Notes: generated from the letters alone by a model not told the origin. 64,000 bases of DNA from Octopus sinensis (GCF_006345805.1 NC_043008.1:40734001-40798000); one strand, 5' to 3'. Positions 24,421 to 38,406 are shown, numbered from the stretch's first letter. Numbers and translations are program-made.

Positions 24421-26671
24421 TTACCAACTGGATCCAATGGACCTAATATTTTTCTTTTAATTAATTTTTATTCTAACTACCATTATTTCTTAGCTACACT
24501 ATATATGATATCAGGTCCATGAAGAATTACTGTTAGTCACAAATGTTTATTAAAAAAAGATACAGCTTACGGAATATATTATAAATGTTTAAAAAAAAAT
24601 ACAGGATTACAGGTCTTCATGGCAGTGAATGCAGACACCATAGGGATGTTCTTGGCAAACATGAATATTACAATTCTTACATGTAGTACATGTTTTCCTG
24701 TCTTTTTTTTGGGGGGGGGGCACACAAAGAACATCTGCCTTTTTCTTTGGCTGAGGAATCTCGAATATGTTTGAAAATAGTCTTTTCTTGTGCGGTTGAT
24801 AACTGTTAGCGGAAGTAGAAGATGGTATGTCATGTTATTCTAAAGCATTGACTCCAGCAAATTCCTTTCCTGACTGAATTAGGCATTGCCTTCTTCTATC
24901 CTTGAAACTTCGCAAGTGAACCTGTTTAGCAACAATGAATGCATTCACTGCGCTTATATCAATCATGTCGTAGAATATCATCATAGGCCAACTTCGAGTC
25001 TTTTTTATTGCAAGCGTACGTCCTTACCATCTTAGCTAGAGTATCTACTCCTCATTTTGTTTTCTTGTAACATGTAGTAACTTAGGTTTCTTTTCAGAAG
25101 GTTTTGAATCAATTGATGGCTGAGAGTGCATTGTACTCACAATTATGTCTACATGCCTTTTCTTAGGACAATAAGATGGGATCACAGAATCTTTTCGAAA
25201 TCCAAATATTGTGCCGTTCATTTCTCTTTCTTTTCCATTTGTAAAAGCTCTAGGAAGTTCAACTCTGTTCTTTCTAATTGTTCCAACTAAAGTTGTTTTC
25301 TTGTAGCTTTCGAGCCAATCCTAGACGTGTAAACTATTATCACAAGTTATATTGCGCTCAGTATTCTCAAGTTCTTTTACTAGGTCTTCAACAACTCGTG
25401 GACCTTGATTTGTCTCTCTCCTTTTTACTGTGTCTTTTCCAGTGTAGATTTCCATTTTCCAGGCGAAAGATGTTTCACTGCCGCATATTACCCAAATTTT
25501 AATTCTATATTTCCCTGATTTTGAAGGAATATTTATCCGGAATGGGCTGGGCCCTCTGAATGTAACTAGTTGTTCATCAACTGTCATGCATGAACTTGGA
25601 ACATATCCATCTTGCACATTCTGATTTCACATTTCGAATATTTCTCCTATAGGCTTCAGTTTATCGTCACTTCCCTTTTTTCTGCTTGTACTCGCATCGT
25701 TAAAACGGAATACTTGTAAAATTTGTTGAAATTTTCCCCGGCTCATAATTGTGTTGAATATTGGACGGCCATCTTGACTCCATAACTGTGTGACATTTTC
25801 ATGTTCAGATTTATAAACACCTACCAGGATAATTAGTCCAATAAATTTCTTTAGTTCACAGTGATCAATTTCCTTCCATTTATTTGTCTATTTACGAAGT
25901 ACTTCAAGAAATATAAACATAGCAAAACATAATCAAGAAACATAGACATAGTAAAACATAATTCAATGCTATCACAAGACCTTTTAACAAAACGGGATGG
26001 CCCACAAACCTGGCGCATAATATTGTAATATGAAAGTCTTACTGCCTCTTGAGCAAGAGGATTAGAATGCCAAACTTCTTGTCTGTCTCTAAAAACATAT
26101 TACTCAGCAATCATTCGGTGGCTTGCAGATACTTATATCTTTATCATCTGATGACTCAGAACCTAAGCTGTCCAGCACGCAACCAGTTTTACCATCATCC
26201 TCAGAGCAGTACAAGGATTCACTACTATCTTTCTTCCATTCTTCATCTAATTCCGATAACAATTTCGTTATTTTGTCTTCACTCAAGTTTTCACGTCTAG
26301 GCATATTGGAAAGCACAACTGAACTATATGCAACTTGATAGCAGACTAGAGGCAGATATTACTCTCTCATATAGTTATACTCTCCTGAAAGACGATGCAA
26401 TATATTGTAAGAATTGCGTCATCACATAGAAATATTGCATCACCATATAACTTAGCAGATTGAAGGTGATGCAATACCTCACAAATTTACAGGGATATAA
26501 ATATTTTTCCAGTTTTATCTAACATTCAATAAATAAATTGAATACAATTTTCTCTACTTTATATCTGATAAATATCTAGGAAAATAATATTTGATACTGC
26601 GGTTATTCTGTTTATAATAACAAGAGTGTCGTCTAAATTTAATTCGAGGGTCCAATGGACCCATAGGGTAA
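24421..26671 (-). mobile_element. piggyBac (PGBD4-like) transposon, decayed
   Basis: Acidic N-terminus MPRRENLSEDKI...; MTVDEQLVTFRGPSPFRINIPSKSGKYRIKIW...TSFAWKMEIYTGK; RNITCDN; a C-terminal Cys-rich domain near 24620-24740; imperfect termini ctaa|ttaccaactggatccaatggacc and gggtccaatggacccatagggtaa|ttaa. Confidence 0.92.
24615..26304 (-). pseudogene. piggyBac transposase pseudogene
   Basis: Track ORFs 26104-26316 and 25321-25617 plus frameshifted intervening segments. Confidence 0.88.
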
Positions 26672-27519
26672 TTAATGTAAAAAGTGAATTTTTTTAGCTT
26701 TTATATGCATACGGAAAATTTCCCATTTGACAAAAAAAATGAGTCACGAAAAAATAAGTGTCACGAGAAATCAGCAGAATCAAATAATACAAACAGAAGG
26801 AACAAGGAACTGAAAAAAGACCCGTTGGCAGACAGAAGGTTAAACAAGGAAGGCATCATCGCTCATCATATATGACTATCACTACAATATTTGTCTGATT
26901 TACTTCATGGTGTACACTGTAGATCAAATCTTTGACCTGCAAATTGCACAACAAACACAAAAACCTCCAATTATTTTATTTATAATTCATTCTCAATATT
27001 TACGCTTTTGTAGATTTTTACAAAAGAAAATCGGGAACAGATTAAAGAAGTTCTGGCTCCCCCTAGCCTTCACACGGTGGGGCATTGATAATGTATCGCT
27101 TGGCAATGAGTAACCATCTCACTCAGTCGCAGAAAAAAAGTTACATAGTGTACGTTAACATTTCTGACCTATCGTTGATATAGCAATCAAAGAAAGAGCC
27201 GAGTTTTACTTATTTATAATTCAACTAAAGTTCTAGATCTCAATGAGCCATAGACTTTTTTTTTGTTGAACGGAATCTATGGATTTAGTCAATGGAATCA
27301 ACACTCATGTTAACTGAGGTGTTAGATTTTTGCAATTTTTTGTGTATCAACAATATAAGCCAATATAACAAGATCTCACAAATATAGAAGAACTAAACTA
27401 ATTTCCTTATTTGTATCCGTCCACATTGGCGATGAGGCTGCCTCCACAAAATAAAGGGAAGCTATAGATTAATAGTATTTATAAGGTGTGGCTCTTAAAT
27501 TCCTCACATACAATAATGA

Positions 27520-27670
27520 ATGTATGCATATGTATGTGTATGTATGCGTGTGTACGTGTGTGTGAGTGTATGCGTGTGCATGTGTGTCTGTGTTCATGCG
27601 TGTGTGCGTGCGTTTATTGCTGTGTGATTGTGTATGTGTGTGCGTGTGCGCGTGCATGTGTGTGTGTCCC
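27520..27670. repeat. (GT)n/(GTAT)n degenerate microsatellite
   Basis: Directly visible. Confidence 0.9.
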
Positions 27671-28817
27671 CGTTCGAAATTCTATGTGTTTACAATGAAG
27701 CCTTTTCTATACCAGCACTACCCATATAACGTAATGCCAATTATTTTAGCAACAGTTCTCACTCTGATTATGATGCTAGTAGGTTGATACGTTACTTTTC
27801 CGCGTTCTGTCAGAATTGAACTTAGCAACTGATATATGAACACATATCCCTTCTGCTTTTACTCACATTATGATGTCGTATTTTTACTCTTGTAGAGAGA
27901 TTTATTAGCTTATTATTATTATTCACCATTGAAAGTAAAAATTTCCTTCTATGTAACTCATGTTAATGAAATTTGACTCTTATTCATCAATGGCTGTGCT
28001 GCCTTTTTGCTGTATTAGTAGAATATCATATTGTTTATTAACAGTCGACTATGCAATCTCTTACACGACACGGTTTATCACTTGAGCTGTTAATGAAATA
28101 CAGTAATGTGGGTTACTAATTACATTGATACACCTATGCAGGTGTTACAAAGAAGAATTCATTAGTTCTATATATGAGATAATTAAGTACAACATGCGGA
28201 AGTTAATATAGATTTTGAACGTGTTAATTAGTGTTACGAATCTAGCTTGACATACTCAAGTTTAAACAAACACGTCAGCCGATAAAACTCTATTATTGTG
28301 TGACGTGTAGGGTTGCTAGTGAAAAACAAGAAAACAAAGAAAATGTTTTGAAAATGTCGTTTATTACAATTTGCCACATCTTAAATTTATATATCGAATA
28401 CAGCTGAGTGTGAATTTACCATTTATGCTACAGAATCGATAAAATATATGTAGCCCTTCAGCTATACCCGTAACCTACTTCAAATGTTATAATTATCCTG
28501 CGCGTATAAGCGAAAGCAGCGTGTTGTAATCCCTCGTTCTTGTCTGAACGGATATTCACCAAATTTGGCAGAAACACTCATTGGCTAAGTGGCTCGAAAT
28601 GATGAAAATTTGATTTGATTATTTTCAAACATCCATAAATACATATATAGATATACGATGCTTTGTGTGCCTGTGTGAGTGTGTGTGTGCGCATGCGCAC
28701 GCGACTGAGTGCGTGCTGTGTTTGTATACAGGAATGGACTCGAGGGTTCCGTTTATTTACGAGTTTTCTTAATATCATCGGAGTATGAATACCTATAATG
28801 ATGATAATAAATAAAAT

Positions 28818-29070
28818 AAATGCGCCTTTTTAAAGCCTAGCCAGGTCCATGGGCCCGGTTTATCGGCTTCAATGGCGTATGTGCTCCCCAGCTGGACGGG
28901 ACGCCAGTCCATCGCAGCTTTACTCATTTTTGCAAGCTGACTGGACTGGAGGAACGTGAAATGAAGTGTTTTGCTCAAGAACACAACGCGTCGCCCGGTC
29001 CAGGAATCGAAACCACACTCTTGCGCTCATGATGCTAACATCCTAACCACAAAGCCACGCGCGCCTCCGC
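28818..29070 (-). mobile_element. tRNA-derived SINE
   Basis: Minus-strand head gcggaggcgcgcgTGGCTTTGTGGttagg...GGTTTCGATTCCtgg (pol III A and B boxes), body ttcttgagcaaaacacttcatttcac, short AT-rich tail. Confidence 0.85.
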
Positions 29071-29540
29071 ATAATGGTGATACTTTTAACAAAAATATAT
29101 ATCGTACTTAGAAATTTCCTGATAAGCAAGTGCTCATATTATATATATCTTACAACAAACTAGAATAAATTTGTTTCACCTGACATCACCGAATGACGTA
29201 GAAAATACTTCCCAAATGCTATGCAATTATCCTCTTTTTGTCAAAAATGTACAAAGCTTAATTCAGTTCAATCAAAAAGCATAAGGAAGCAGCACATTGT
29301 AAGCCACACTATAATTTACGAAAAAAGTTATCTGCGCGCAGGGTATACAACACCCCTCCGATGCCTTTGTTTTTTTTCTTATCATTATTGCTAATAGAAG
29401 TCAGTCATTTACTTCTTCTTTGCTTTCTTAGTTGAAATTCCGCCGATTTTCATTGCATCTTATTGAAACAAAAAAGTAAAGGAGTTCTAGTGAATTGGAG
29501 TCGATGTCCTGGTAAAACATCTCACCTCGAAACTGATTTT

Positions 29541-29594
29541 GAGGCGTTATTAAAACAGGTAAGACGTTATTAAAACAGGTGAGGCGTTATTAAA
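29541..29594. repeat. 20-bp tandem repeat, ~2.7 copies
   Basis: gaggcgttattaaaacaggt / aagacgttattaaaacaggt / gaggcgttattaaa. Confidence 0.9.
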
Positions 29595-30179
29595 TCCAAA
29601 TACGTAATAATGATAATGTTCTCTCGTAGCAAAGAGTCAAGCATATTGTACAATGCGCTACCTCTCTTTCTGTTTAAAATATCTTCTTTGCTTTTCCTTT
29701 CAGTGATCGATAACATTAATACTGAAGATGCATCTTGAATTATTCTATACACTTTGGATTTTTTAGAGGAATGATGTGAAATCTCATAATTAAATTTTCA
29801 AAGTCAAGTTATCAGAAACCATTCATCACAAGGCCTACACTGTATAAGTTAACATCAATGTAAGTTATAAACTAAATCTATCATTTCAGGTTCATTTTAG
29901 GTTTCAGTGTCGCTACTGTGAAATCGTTTATACAAATATCAAGTGAAAAGGTATGAGTTCCCTTAGTTATCATACGTTATACTCCGTGTTGAAAATCTCT
30001 CGTAACATACAATTTATAGTTGTATATATGTACTATATGTGATTTGTATGTATGTATGTTTTTCGTAGCTTCACATAATTAGCTGGAGAACATTATTCGG
30101 GATTTTACTCTATAGATATATATTTCGTATTTTACATCACTGCTTCAGTAAAAGATTCCAGTCACTTAATCCTCTAGGG

Positions 30180-30468
30180 CGGTGCTACTCAAAGTGATGT
30201 TTCACGTACCGGTGCCTGTCCCCGAGACATCAGCTGCCGGTACGCGGCGAGTTTCAAAATCAAAATTGTAAAATGCTCCTACAATGCTTGTAAAATGCTT
30301 ATGTAATATTGTATTTGTTTACACAAATAAAACAATTCTCAGCTTTTATTATATTCATTGTATATAGTTTCCGGTATAATTTAATATTACTCAGAAATAT
30401 TACCGGTCCCTGGCTCATTGGTAACAGATGCTGACAATACGCCACATCATATAGTTTGAGAAGAACTC
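30180..30468. mobile_element. hAT (Charlie-like) MITE
   Basis: Termini cggtgctactcaaagtg and agtttgagaagaactc; 8-bp TSD ctctaggg / ctcaaggg (7 of 8 match, similar to the Charlie NTCTAGAN target). Confidence 0.8.
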
Positions 30469-31052
30469 CTCAAGGGAGCGTCTGACTATACACAACTGTC
30501 GATTCAAATTTATAGTGTCATAATTTGATGACCCTTCAGTTTAACTACATTTGATTGCGAGATTGTTTTCTATCAGTCAGTTTATTATTTTTTTGTTACT
30601 CTTATTGATAGCTTTTGTCAATATTAAACCTTATGAGACATAAATATATGTTTATTTTAAAATCACATCAGATCTAAACTCTTCTACGCCTGATAGATAT
30701 ATGATGATTTTAAAGCCATAATAGACCTTATTTCATGTACTTCGTGGCCGAATTGTAACTACATATATCGTACTGCACCAATATTGACGAGATTGACATA
30801 GCACATTTCTGATACTTTATTTGATTGCAACTAAACCAGAATATCAAATAAGATGTCTTTATTGGTAGACGTTGCATCTACGCGTTAATTTTCAGCTGGT
30901 CTTCTATTTTTTATGAATTGTTTCTGCAAAATTGGAGTAATTGTCTGTTCATTGAACTAGACCCCACTCAGTTTGTTCCAGAATTAGACTCGCTGCTCTA
31001 TGTAGAAACAATTGCATATAGAATAAATGATTGCTTTAAGAACACGCATATA

Positions 31053-32315
31053 CCAGGTCATCCCATAAGTTCTGTCCGATTTTACCCTTTTTTAAATAAT
31101 TGAATGAAATTTAATAGTATTATAGAATGTCTATTAGAATTTTAAAATATTTTAATGCATTTCTGTACATTTAAACCGATTAAATATTATTTTACAGAAT
31201 AATAAAATTAAAGTTCCTTTGATTAAAACCCTTTCTAACATAGAAATATCCAAAGAGCATTTTAGGCACATAATGATTTATGAGTTCGAAAAAGGAAACT
31301 CTGCAGCCGAAGCAACTCAAAACATATACTCAATTTATGAGAAAGAATGCTTTAATGAAAGAATTTGCAGAAGACGGTTTGTAAAATTCAGAAGTGGAGA
31401 TTTCAGCCTTGAAGATGAAGATCGAACAGAACCTCCAGTTGAGTTTGATGATAATCTCCTTGGGGTATTATTTGAAGAAAATGTTGCATTATCAATTGTG
31501 AAATTGGCAATAAAGCTTAGTTCAAGCCATACAACTGTTCATCGTCATCTTAGAAAAGATCCTAAACTTGGAAAATGGGTGCCTGATGAATTGTCCGAAA
31601 GCAACCGCAAATCCCGTGTTGACATCTGCTCTTATCTCCATTCTCGTGAACTCATTTCACCCTTTTTGGATAGACTTGTAACTATTGATGAAAAATGGAT
31701 CTATCGAAATGTTAAACGTCGTAAACAGTGGCTTGGTAAAAGGGAAAATGCTCAACCACAACCGAGAAGGGAACTTCATGGAAAAAAGGTTCTTCTCTAT
31801 AACTGGTGGAATTGCAAAGGCGTAATTCCCTGTGAATTGTTACCACCTAATGCAACTATAAATGCTCAAGTCTACTGTCAGCAATTAGAGCGTTTGAAAC
31901 AAGCTTTGACGAAAAACAGACCTGCTTTAGTGAATCAAAATGGAGTGATCACCAGGACAATGTACGAAAATCACATCACAGAAGGTCGAAGAGCTTGGTT
32001 GGAAAAACAAATTCTCATCCACCATGTTCTCCCGACCTTGTTCCTTCAGACTACCATTTGTTTCGTAGTTTGCAGAATCATTTAAGGGACATAACTCTCG
32101 CCAGCAAGGAGGAGGTCGAAACTGAGATTTCAGAGTTCTTTACTTTGAAACCAAAATAGTTTTACATTGATGGGATTTAAAAGCTTTTAAAAAGATGGAA
32201 GAAAGACATAGATAATCAGGGAAAGTATATTGACGATTAGATTTCAATTAAATATAACATTTGATCACTTGTTTTCTTTATTCAAAATTTGGGCAAAACT
32301 TATGTGATGACCTGA
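31053..32315 (+). mobile_element. Near-full-length mariner transposon (1263 bp)
   Basis: TA-ccaggtcatcccataagttctgtccgattt and aaatttgggcaaaacttatgtgatgacctga-TA; transposase has WVPDEL, LVTIDEKWIY, HQDN, HPPCSPDLVPSDYHLFRSLQNHL. Confidence 0.97.
31240..32240 (+). pseudogene. Mariner transposase pseudogene
   Basis: Expected start codon reads ATA at 31240 (I-EISKEHFRHIM); frameshift just after HQDN; track ORF 31219-32085; original stop after NQGKYIDD at 32238-32240. Confidence 0.92.
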
Positions 32316-33440
32316 TATATCGGGATAAAGTATAGCCTGAATATAATTTTTCCCTATACTTTTAGTTATATTTTTAGTTAAGGTGTACCACCGAATTATG
32401 AAAAGAACATAAGTTTACTGCAATTGAGAAAAGTTTGCGGTGCACTGGTTTAAGCAACACTTGTATGTATTCGTATATGAATAGTTCATATAATACACCA
32501 GGTTGTATTTCTAAGCTGATTCTACCAATCAGCTCCACAAGTTATAGTTTAGATGAACATAAATATAAATATAAAATGATTATAACGAATGTCCTTCTAG
32601 GTTTTTATAATTCAAATACTCTATATATTTCGTGGTTTATTACATTTCTAGAATCATTTGTCAAATTTGCTGTTTGAATACCTGGAATAGAAATATTCTT
32701 CTTAGAAGATTTTCGAAAATATTTATGTTTGCACTTCGAACTGTTGAGCAAACCTGATATTTACACCATCGCAAAAGAGATTTATAATCCATGTTTAATG
32801 GATTTCTTATTGCGGATGTTTATATTTCTGAGCATCTTTCCGGATATTTGATTGTATATTTTCAATTTAACTAGTTTTAAGAGACAAAAATACATCCCAA
32901 TATAATTTGTTTTCTTTAAGGCATTTGATTGTAGTAACCTCTTATTAATTTAGTTTACACAGCTATTTATTAATTTAAATATCATTTCTGAAATTTGGTA
33001 ATAAAATCTATTTACAAATTCATTCCTGTTTAGTTACAGCCACTGCCCCAATTCAAGTCGATATAACAGTGTTGGTCAAATAACTACATGTGAAAGATTT
33101 ATTATCACTGAGAGCATATTACACCTAGTGTGATATAAAATAAAATATAATCTACCATTTGCCTCATGGGCTTCATTTTCTTGCAACCGGTTTTAGTCAG
33201 CTCAGGATTACAGGTGCATTAAATCTCATCAATTGCCTTCGGGCTTTCATAGTAAAAAACAAGCCAATAGATAGTTTGAAAAATATATGAATATTTAAAT
33301 ATATTAATTTTGTGACTTGTCAGGAATTAACTGCCGGCAGACGTTTTCACGAGCAACTACTAGTAGACAATTCTTGCTAATCACCAACACATTGGTTTAG
33401 CATAGTGCCACCCATAATTCAACATTGCGGCGTCAATGCC

Positions 33441-33478
33441 TTTTATATAAGCCTCCCAGAATTCAGGTAAGTGGGCGG
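33441..33478 (-). promoter_or_regulatory. Candidate core promoter (TATA box plus GC box), minus orientation
   Basis: The minus strand reads ccgccc (GGGCGG at 33473-33478 on +), then TTATATAAAAGG at ~33450-33439, within a locally GC/CpG-richer patch. Motif match only. Confidence 0.25.
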
Positions 33479-35154
33479 CTTTAATTTAAACTAGTCGACG
33501 CGGAAAAACAGCTCGAGTGGAATGGAAACTGCATCACAAATTAGCTTTGGCTAGAATGTACCTCTATATTACAACGCAGCCACCAGTAACAATTATTCTT
33601 TGGTTAAACTTTGTTCCAGTTTCTTAAGTTTTGGCAAGTTCCTAGCAATACTAGTTTTCCATAAATATAAGACTCGGTGAAGCATAGAGAGAAATACACA
33701 ACATTGGTGTATTAACATATATACACCGCTCCATTACCACCACCAACCCAATCAAAAGAGTTAGACTTGTCGAAAAGAAAGCGAGCAACACATACGAGAT
33801 GATTATATTGCCAAATATTAATATCACGCTACAGTGATCAAAAAGAATCCATTCGGAGTTTCAAAACTATAAGAACACAAAAAACATCGACGAGTTCAAT
33901 TACAGGGAGAAGCAGTGAAAATAAAAACTTTAATCTTAGCTCAATAGAATCATGTCAGAAAAGTCGATTAAGGAATGGTAAGAATCGCTAGCAGACCACT
34001 GATCAAAGTGTTCCTCATACAATGTGAGTAGAAGATATAGAAGTATAGAAAATGCTATTTATTGAGAAAGACGGGAGAAAGAACATGAAAATAAAGAGAG
34101 GGGGTGAAAGAGTGGAGAGAGTTTCATTTTATGAGATTATAAAAAGTTAAGATTAATTACTTGATTTAAGAAAACAAATATAAAACTACAATAGCTATAA
34201 CTGTCTACTGCCAACAGCAAACCTGATACCAAGTTTAGTATAAGAAATAGCATCAAGAATAAAGCAAAGCACAAAACACAGCACTACCATAAACACAGAC
34301 GACTATAATCAACGTAACCAAATACAGCACACAACACGCAGAACAATAAAACGACCGTTATAACCTCGATGCCAAACTTGCGGTCATTGAAACATAACCT
34401 GAGTTGTTTGAAATTAATTATAATTCCTGCTCACTTAGTTTCCTACTGACTCTCATTTTTTAATATGGGAATGAATCTGAGGTAAACGAAACTGCAATTT
34501 AGTCGGTGGGAAGTGTCATTGTAGTTTTGTTCTTTAAATTGTTCGAGAAAATTATTATTCTTACTGTTGTCCATTAGATACAGGTCAGCCGTGATGCCTG
34601 ACCGAGCAGGCCTATGTTTAAAAGCATTCTAATTGTGACCGTTAGATCTTTTATTCTTTTATTCAGGATCATTATCAGATATGCCCTTCAGCTTTTAATA
34701 CAACATCATATACTTTGTTGTTATTTCGCTTCCTTTTCTAAAAGAGTTATTCATAAAACTAAGTAGATCCTCAATTACTCTTCGTCACATGAATCTTTTC
34801 GTGTTTTTATTAGTTTTAGCAGTAAATCAAGTTTAGTTAGCAAACTTATCATCTTAGGCATTACGTAGGCTTTACACATTGAAGGGATTACGTAAAATTA
34901 AATTTTATAATGTCTTCCCTCGTGATTTATATAAGTAATGTTTCGTTTAAAATACATACGGTTACAATGCCCTGTTCCCTGACTGCAATTTTTCGCTGGT
35001 TACGTAACCATGGGGAGTGTCTAACGATTTACGTGATTTAATTAAATTACATCTGAAACAGACCTAGCAAAATGGAAAGTTAATTTTTCTCCGTATAAAA
35101 TCTGTGCCGGTTTGAATTATATGTTGTTAATATAATTATTATTATAAATATATA

Positions 35155-35418
35155 TTTCTTTATTGCCCACAAGAGGCTAAACATAGAGGGGACAAAAAAT
35201 GACGGACAAAGGGATTAAGTCAATTGCATCAACCCCAGTGCAGAGGGTGAGTTTGATTATTTCGATTACAGTAATCAACTAGAACTTATGTTATCGACCC
35301 CGAAAGGATGAAAGGCAAAGTTGACCTCGGCGGAATTTGAACTCAGAACGTAACGACAGACGAAATACCGCCAGGCATTTCACCCAGCGTGCTAACGATT
35401 CTGCCAACTCGCTGCCTT
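35155..35418 (-). mobile_element. tRNA-derived SINE (second family)
   Basis: Minus head aaggcagcgagtTGGCAGAATCGTtagc...GAGTTCAAATTCCgccgaggtcaactttgcctttcatcctttcggggtcgat; ~30-bp internal insertion. Confidence 0.85.
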
Positions 35419-35435
35419 ATTATTATAAATATAAC

Positions 35436-35760
35436 TGGCACTCCGTCGGTTACGACGACGAAGGTTCTAGTTGATCCAATCAACGGAGCAGCTTGCTCCT
35501 AAAATTCACGTGCATGCGGCTGAGCTCCCCTGATACGTTGTACCTTTAAAGTAATTCTCAGGGGGATTCAGAGTGACATAGAATGTGACATGCCTGACCC
35601 ATTGAGATACAGATTCTACTCATTTTTGCTAGCTGGGTGGACTGAAGCAATATGAAATGAAGTGTCTTGCTCAAGGACACACAGCGTCGCCGGGAATTGA
35701 ACTCGCAATTTTGCGACCGTGAGCTGATTACGATAACCACTAAGCCACACGCATTCACAA
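35436..35760 (-). mobile_element. tRNA-derived SINE (head related to 28818-29070)
   Basis: Minus head gtgTGGCTTAGTGGtta...GAGTTCAATTCCcggcgacgctgtgtgtccttgagcaagacacttcatttc. Confidence 0.85.
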
Positions 35761-36599
35761 TTATAAATATAAGGCCTGGGCAATATAAGAATGTTTAACA
35801 AAGAAAAGTGTGTATTTATTTGCGTACATTAAAAGCCAGAGTTCAAATCACAGGGATGTCATTGTGGTATTTAATCTTTTTCGTCTTTGTAGCACCACTA
35901 CTACAAATGAAGGCACAACACCGACACAAGATCGATGGAAAGGAATATTCGTGAAGCAATACTAGAGTGCATGTACATTGTTTTAACCATACTCCTTAAA
36001 AATTTAGCTTTTACACAAATTTAAGTCATCATTATTACTAAAATTGCTGATGAGAACTGAGTGAACAGAATGCCATACAATCATGTAAAATATGTATGTG
36101 CTCTGTCAACTTTGAGATTTCGTATTCTGCCCATTGTGTATAAATGCATTTCCTTTCAGAACTTCGACAAAGTACTTAAATTGACATCATACTTGAATGC
36201 AAATTTTCTAAACGTTAGGAAATGTTAACGTAACTGACAATACGCAACAGATTAACTATAAACTTCATTTTCAAATGTGCACTACAATGCTACACTTAGA
36301 TGCGCATGTTACACAAAGTAGACTAATAAAATAAGTACAGATATTTTGGGCAAAGCTCTCTTTGGTCGTAATAACCTTGTGGTGCTACGGTCCCTGATTA
36401 CTATATCTCAATTCTGAACACAAATTCTTGTCTTTCAAAAAAGAAATGTGTTTCTTGTTCGAAAGAAAAACACAATGACCAATCTCTGAATAGAAAACAT
36501 GTCATTACTACAAAGGAAAGTATTGGCCACATAAATCACATATACATACTTGCATGCATACATAGATACATACATACACATATGTGTATGTATGTATTT

Positions 36600-36830
<231 letters not shown>

Positions 36831-38284
36831 GATTTATAGCTCTGTATTGAGAGAAAGTATTTATGTACATTCTAAAAGTGCGACGTAACTTTTTTATGAT
36901 CGGCAAATGGTTTTTATATTATATGCAAGGGGAAAACATTGAATATTAGATATGCAAAATATTTTACATTGTGAATCGACAGACAAAAACTATAAATACA
37001 CAATAAATATATGCAGAAGAAAAGAGTATAAAATACCAATTTTTCCAGTTGCATAACACTTCGAACAAATTTCCATTGTTTTTATATAACTCAGCGTTGA
37101 TCATTCTTTTAACACTCATATTCACATATACAATAAATATTATTCCCAAAATGGATGAGGCAATATAATTTATTCGTTTATACCAGTGAAAATTTCAATC
37201 TAAAATTTTATTATTACGAAAAGACAAAAATATCACCTTTCTTGATATTTCAAGTATTCACACACTCATATTCTTTTATAGGAAAATTAAGTTTCTTATA
37301 TTTACAATGTTTTGAATTCTAGCAGTATTTCTTGCGTCATCAAAGTTTTGGAATGTTTATATTTTTAATGTCATATGATTATTTTATTTCTTCATGCCTC
37401 TGATTTACTGAGATTTGTCTAACATTTTCACACACTAAAAATTATTGTTTATCCAATATATTCTTGCATTTTATTATTAACCCTGACATTTGTTTTACTT
37501 ATTATTATCAATATTGTTATTGTTACTACTATAGCTATTATTTTATTATTCGCATTGACATTATTTATATTTTCTGAAAACTTATTTGTTACTAAAGATA
37601 ATATTTGCAAAAGTTTTTGACAAATTAGAATTGTCAAACAGAATTTTCTATATGGAGATCATAAAATAACTCACACACTCTCTACTGATGTGAAAGGATT
37701 TTATTTTGTGTCATAAAATTTACATTTCTGTCGACAGTTAAACACACACACAGGCACACAAATATACATAAACACTCACATATACACACGCGCGTGCATA
37801 CACAGGAACAGGCATACGCACACACATCAGATGAGATCAAGACATCCTCGGTAGAGAAAACACTTTGTAGCGGTCAAATTATTTGAACTTACACTTAGAT
37901 ATTTATTAGAGAAGAATTATACAGAGTACAAAGACACAGGGAAAATTAAAAGGAGAGGGTATTCAATAATAGGCCCGATAGCCGTTTCTGGGTGATGGGA
38001 TTTACGTCATAATATTAACAGATGTAGTTCGCAAAAAGTCAAGGATATGCAGCCATTAGTGGCAGTGTATAAACATTAAGTAAACCCAGCCTCCCTCATC
38101 AGGTTGGTGAGATATGTATCTAGAATTTCAAATCATAATGCAAAGAAATTTTAAAGTAGGATATATGTAGCTGAAATATGTTAATCAGTGCAACGGAAGA
38201 AGACATGTGTGCTGTATATCTGCGTACTTAGATGTTCTTCGTTATAAAGTTGTCAGTGCGATGCAAAGTCTATTTTCGTTCGCG

Positions 38285-38354
38285 AATATTTGATTGTTCT
38301 GCAAGAGCGAAAATAGAGGGAGGCAAATATTTCTTACATTCAGGTTAATCTATC

Positions 38355-38406
<52 letters not shown>

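Noticed and set aside
28990-29070. tRNA-like A/B boxes (also at 35330-35418, 35680-35760 and 62190-62268)
   Set aside because: These are SINE heads followed by SINE bodies; no complete cloverleaf or acceptor stem, so not called tRNA genes.
31219-32085. 288-aa ORF as an active or domesticated transposase
   Set aside because: Start codon mutated to ATA and a frameshift removes the C-terminal catalytic Asp region.
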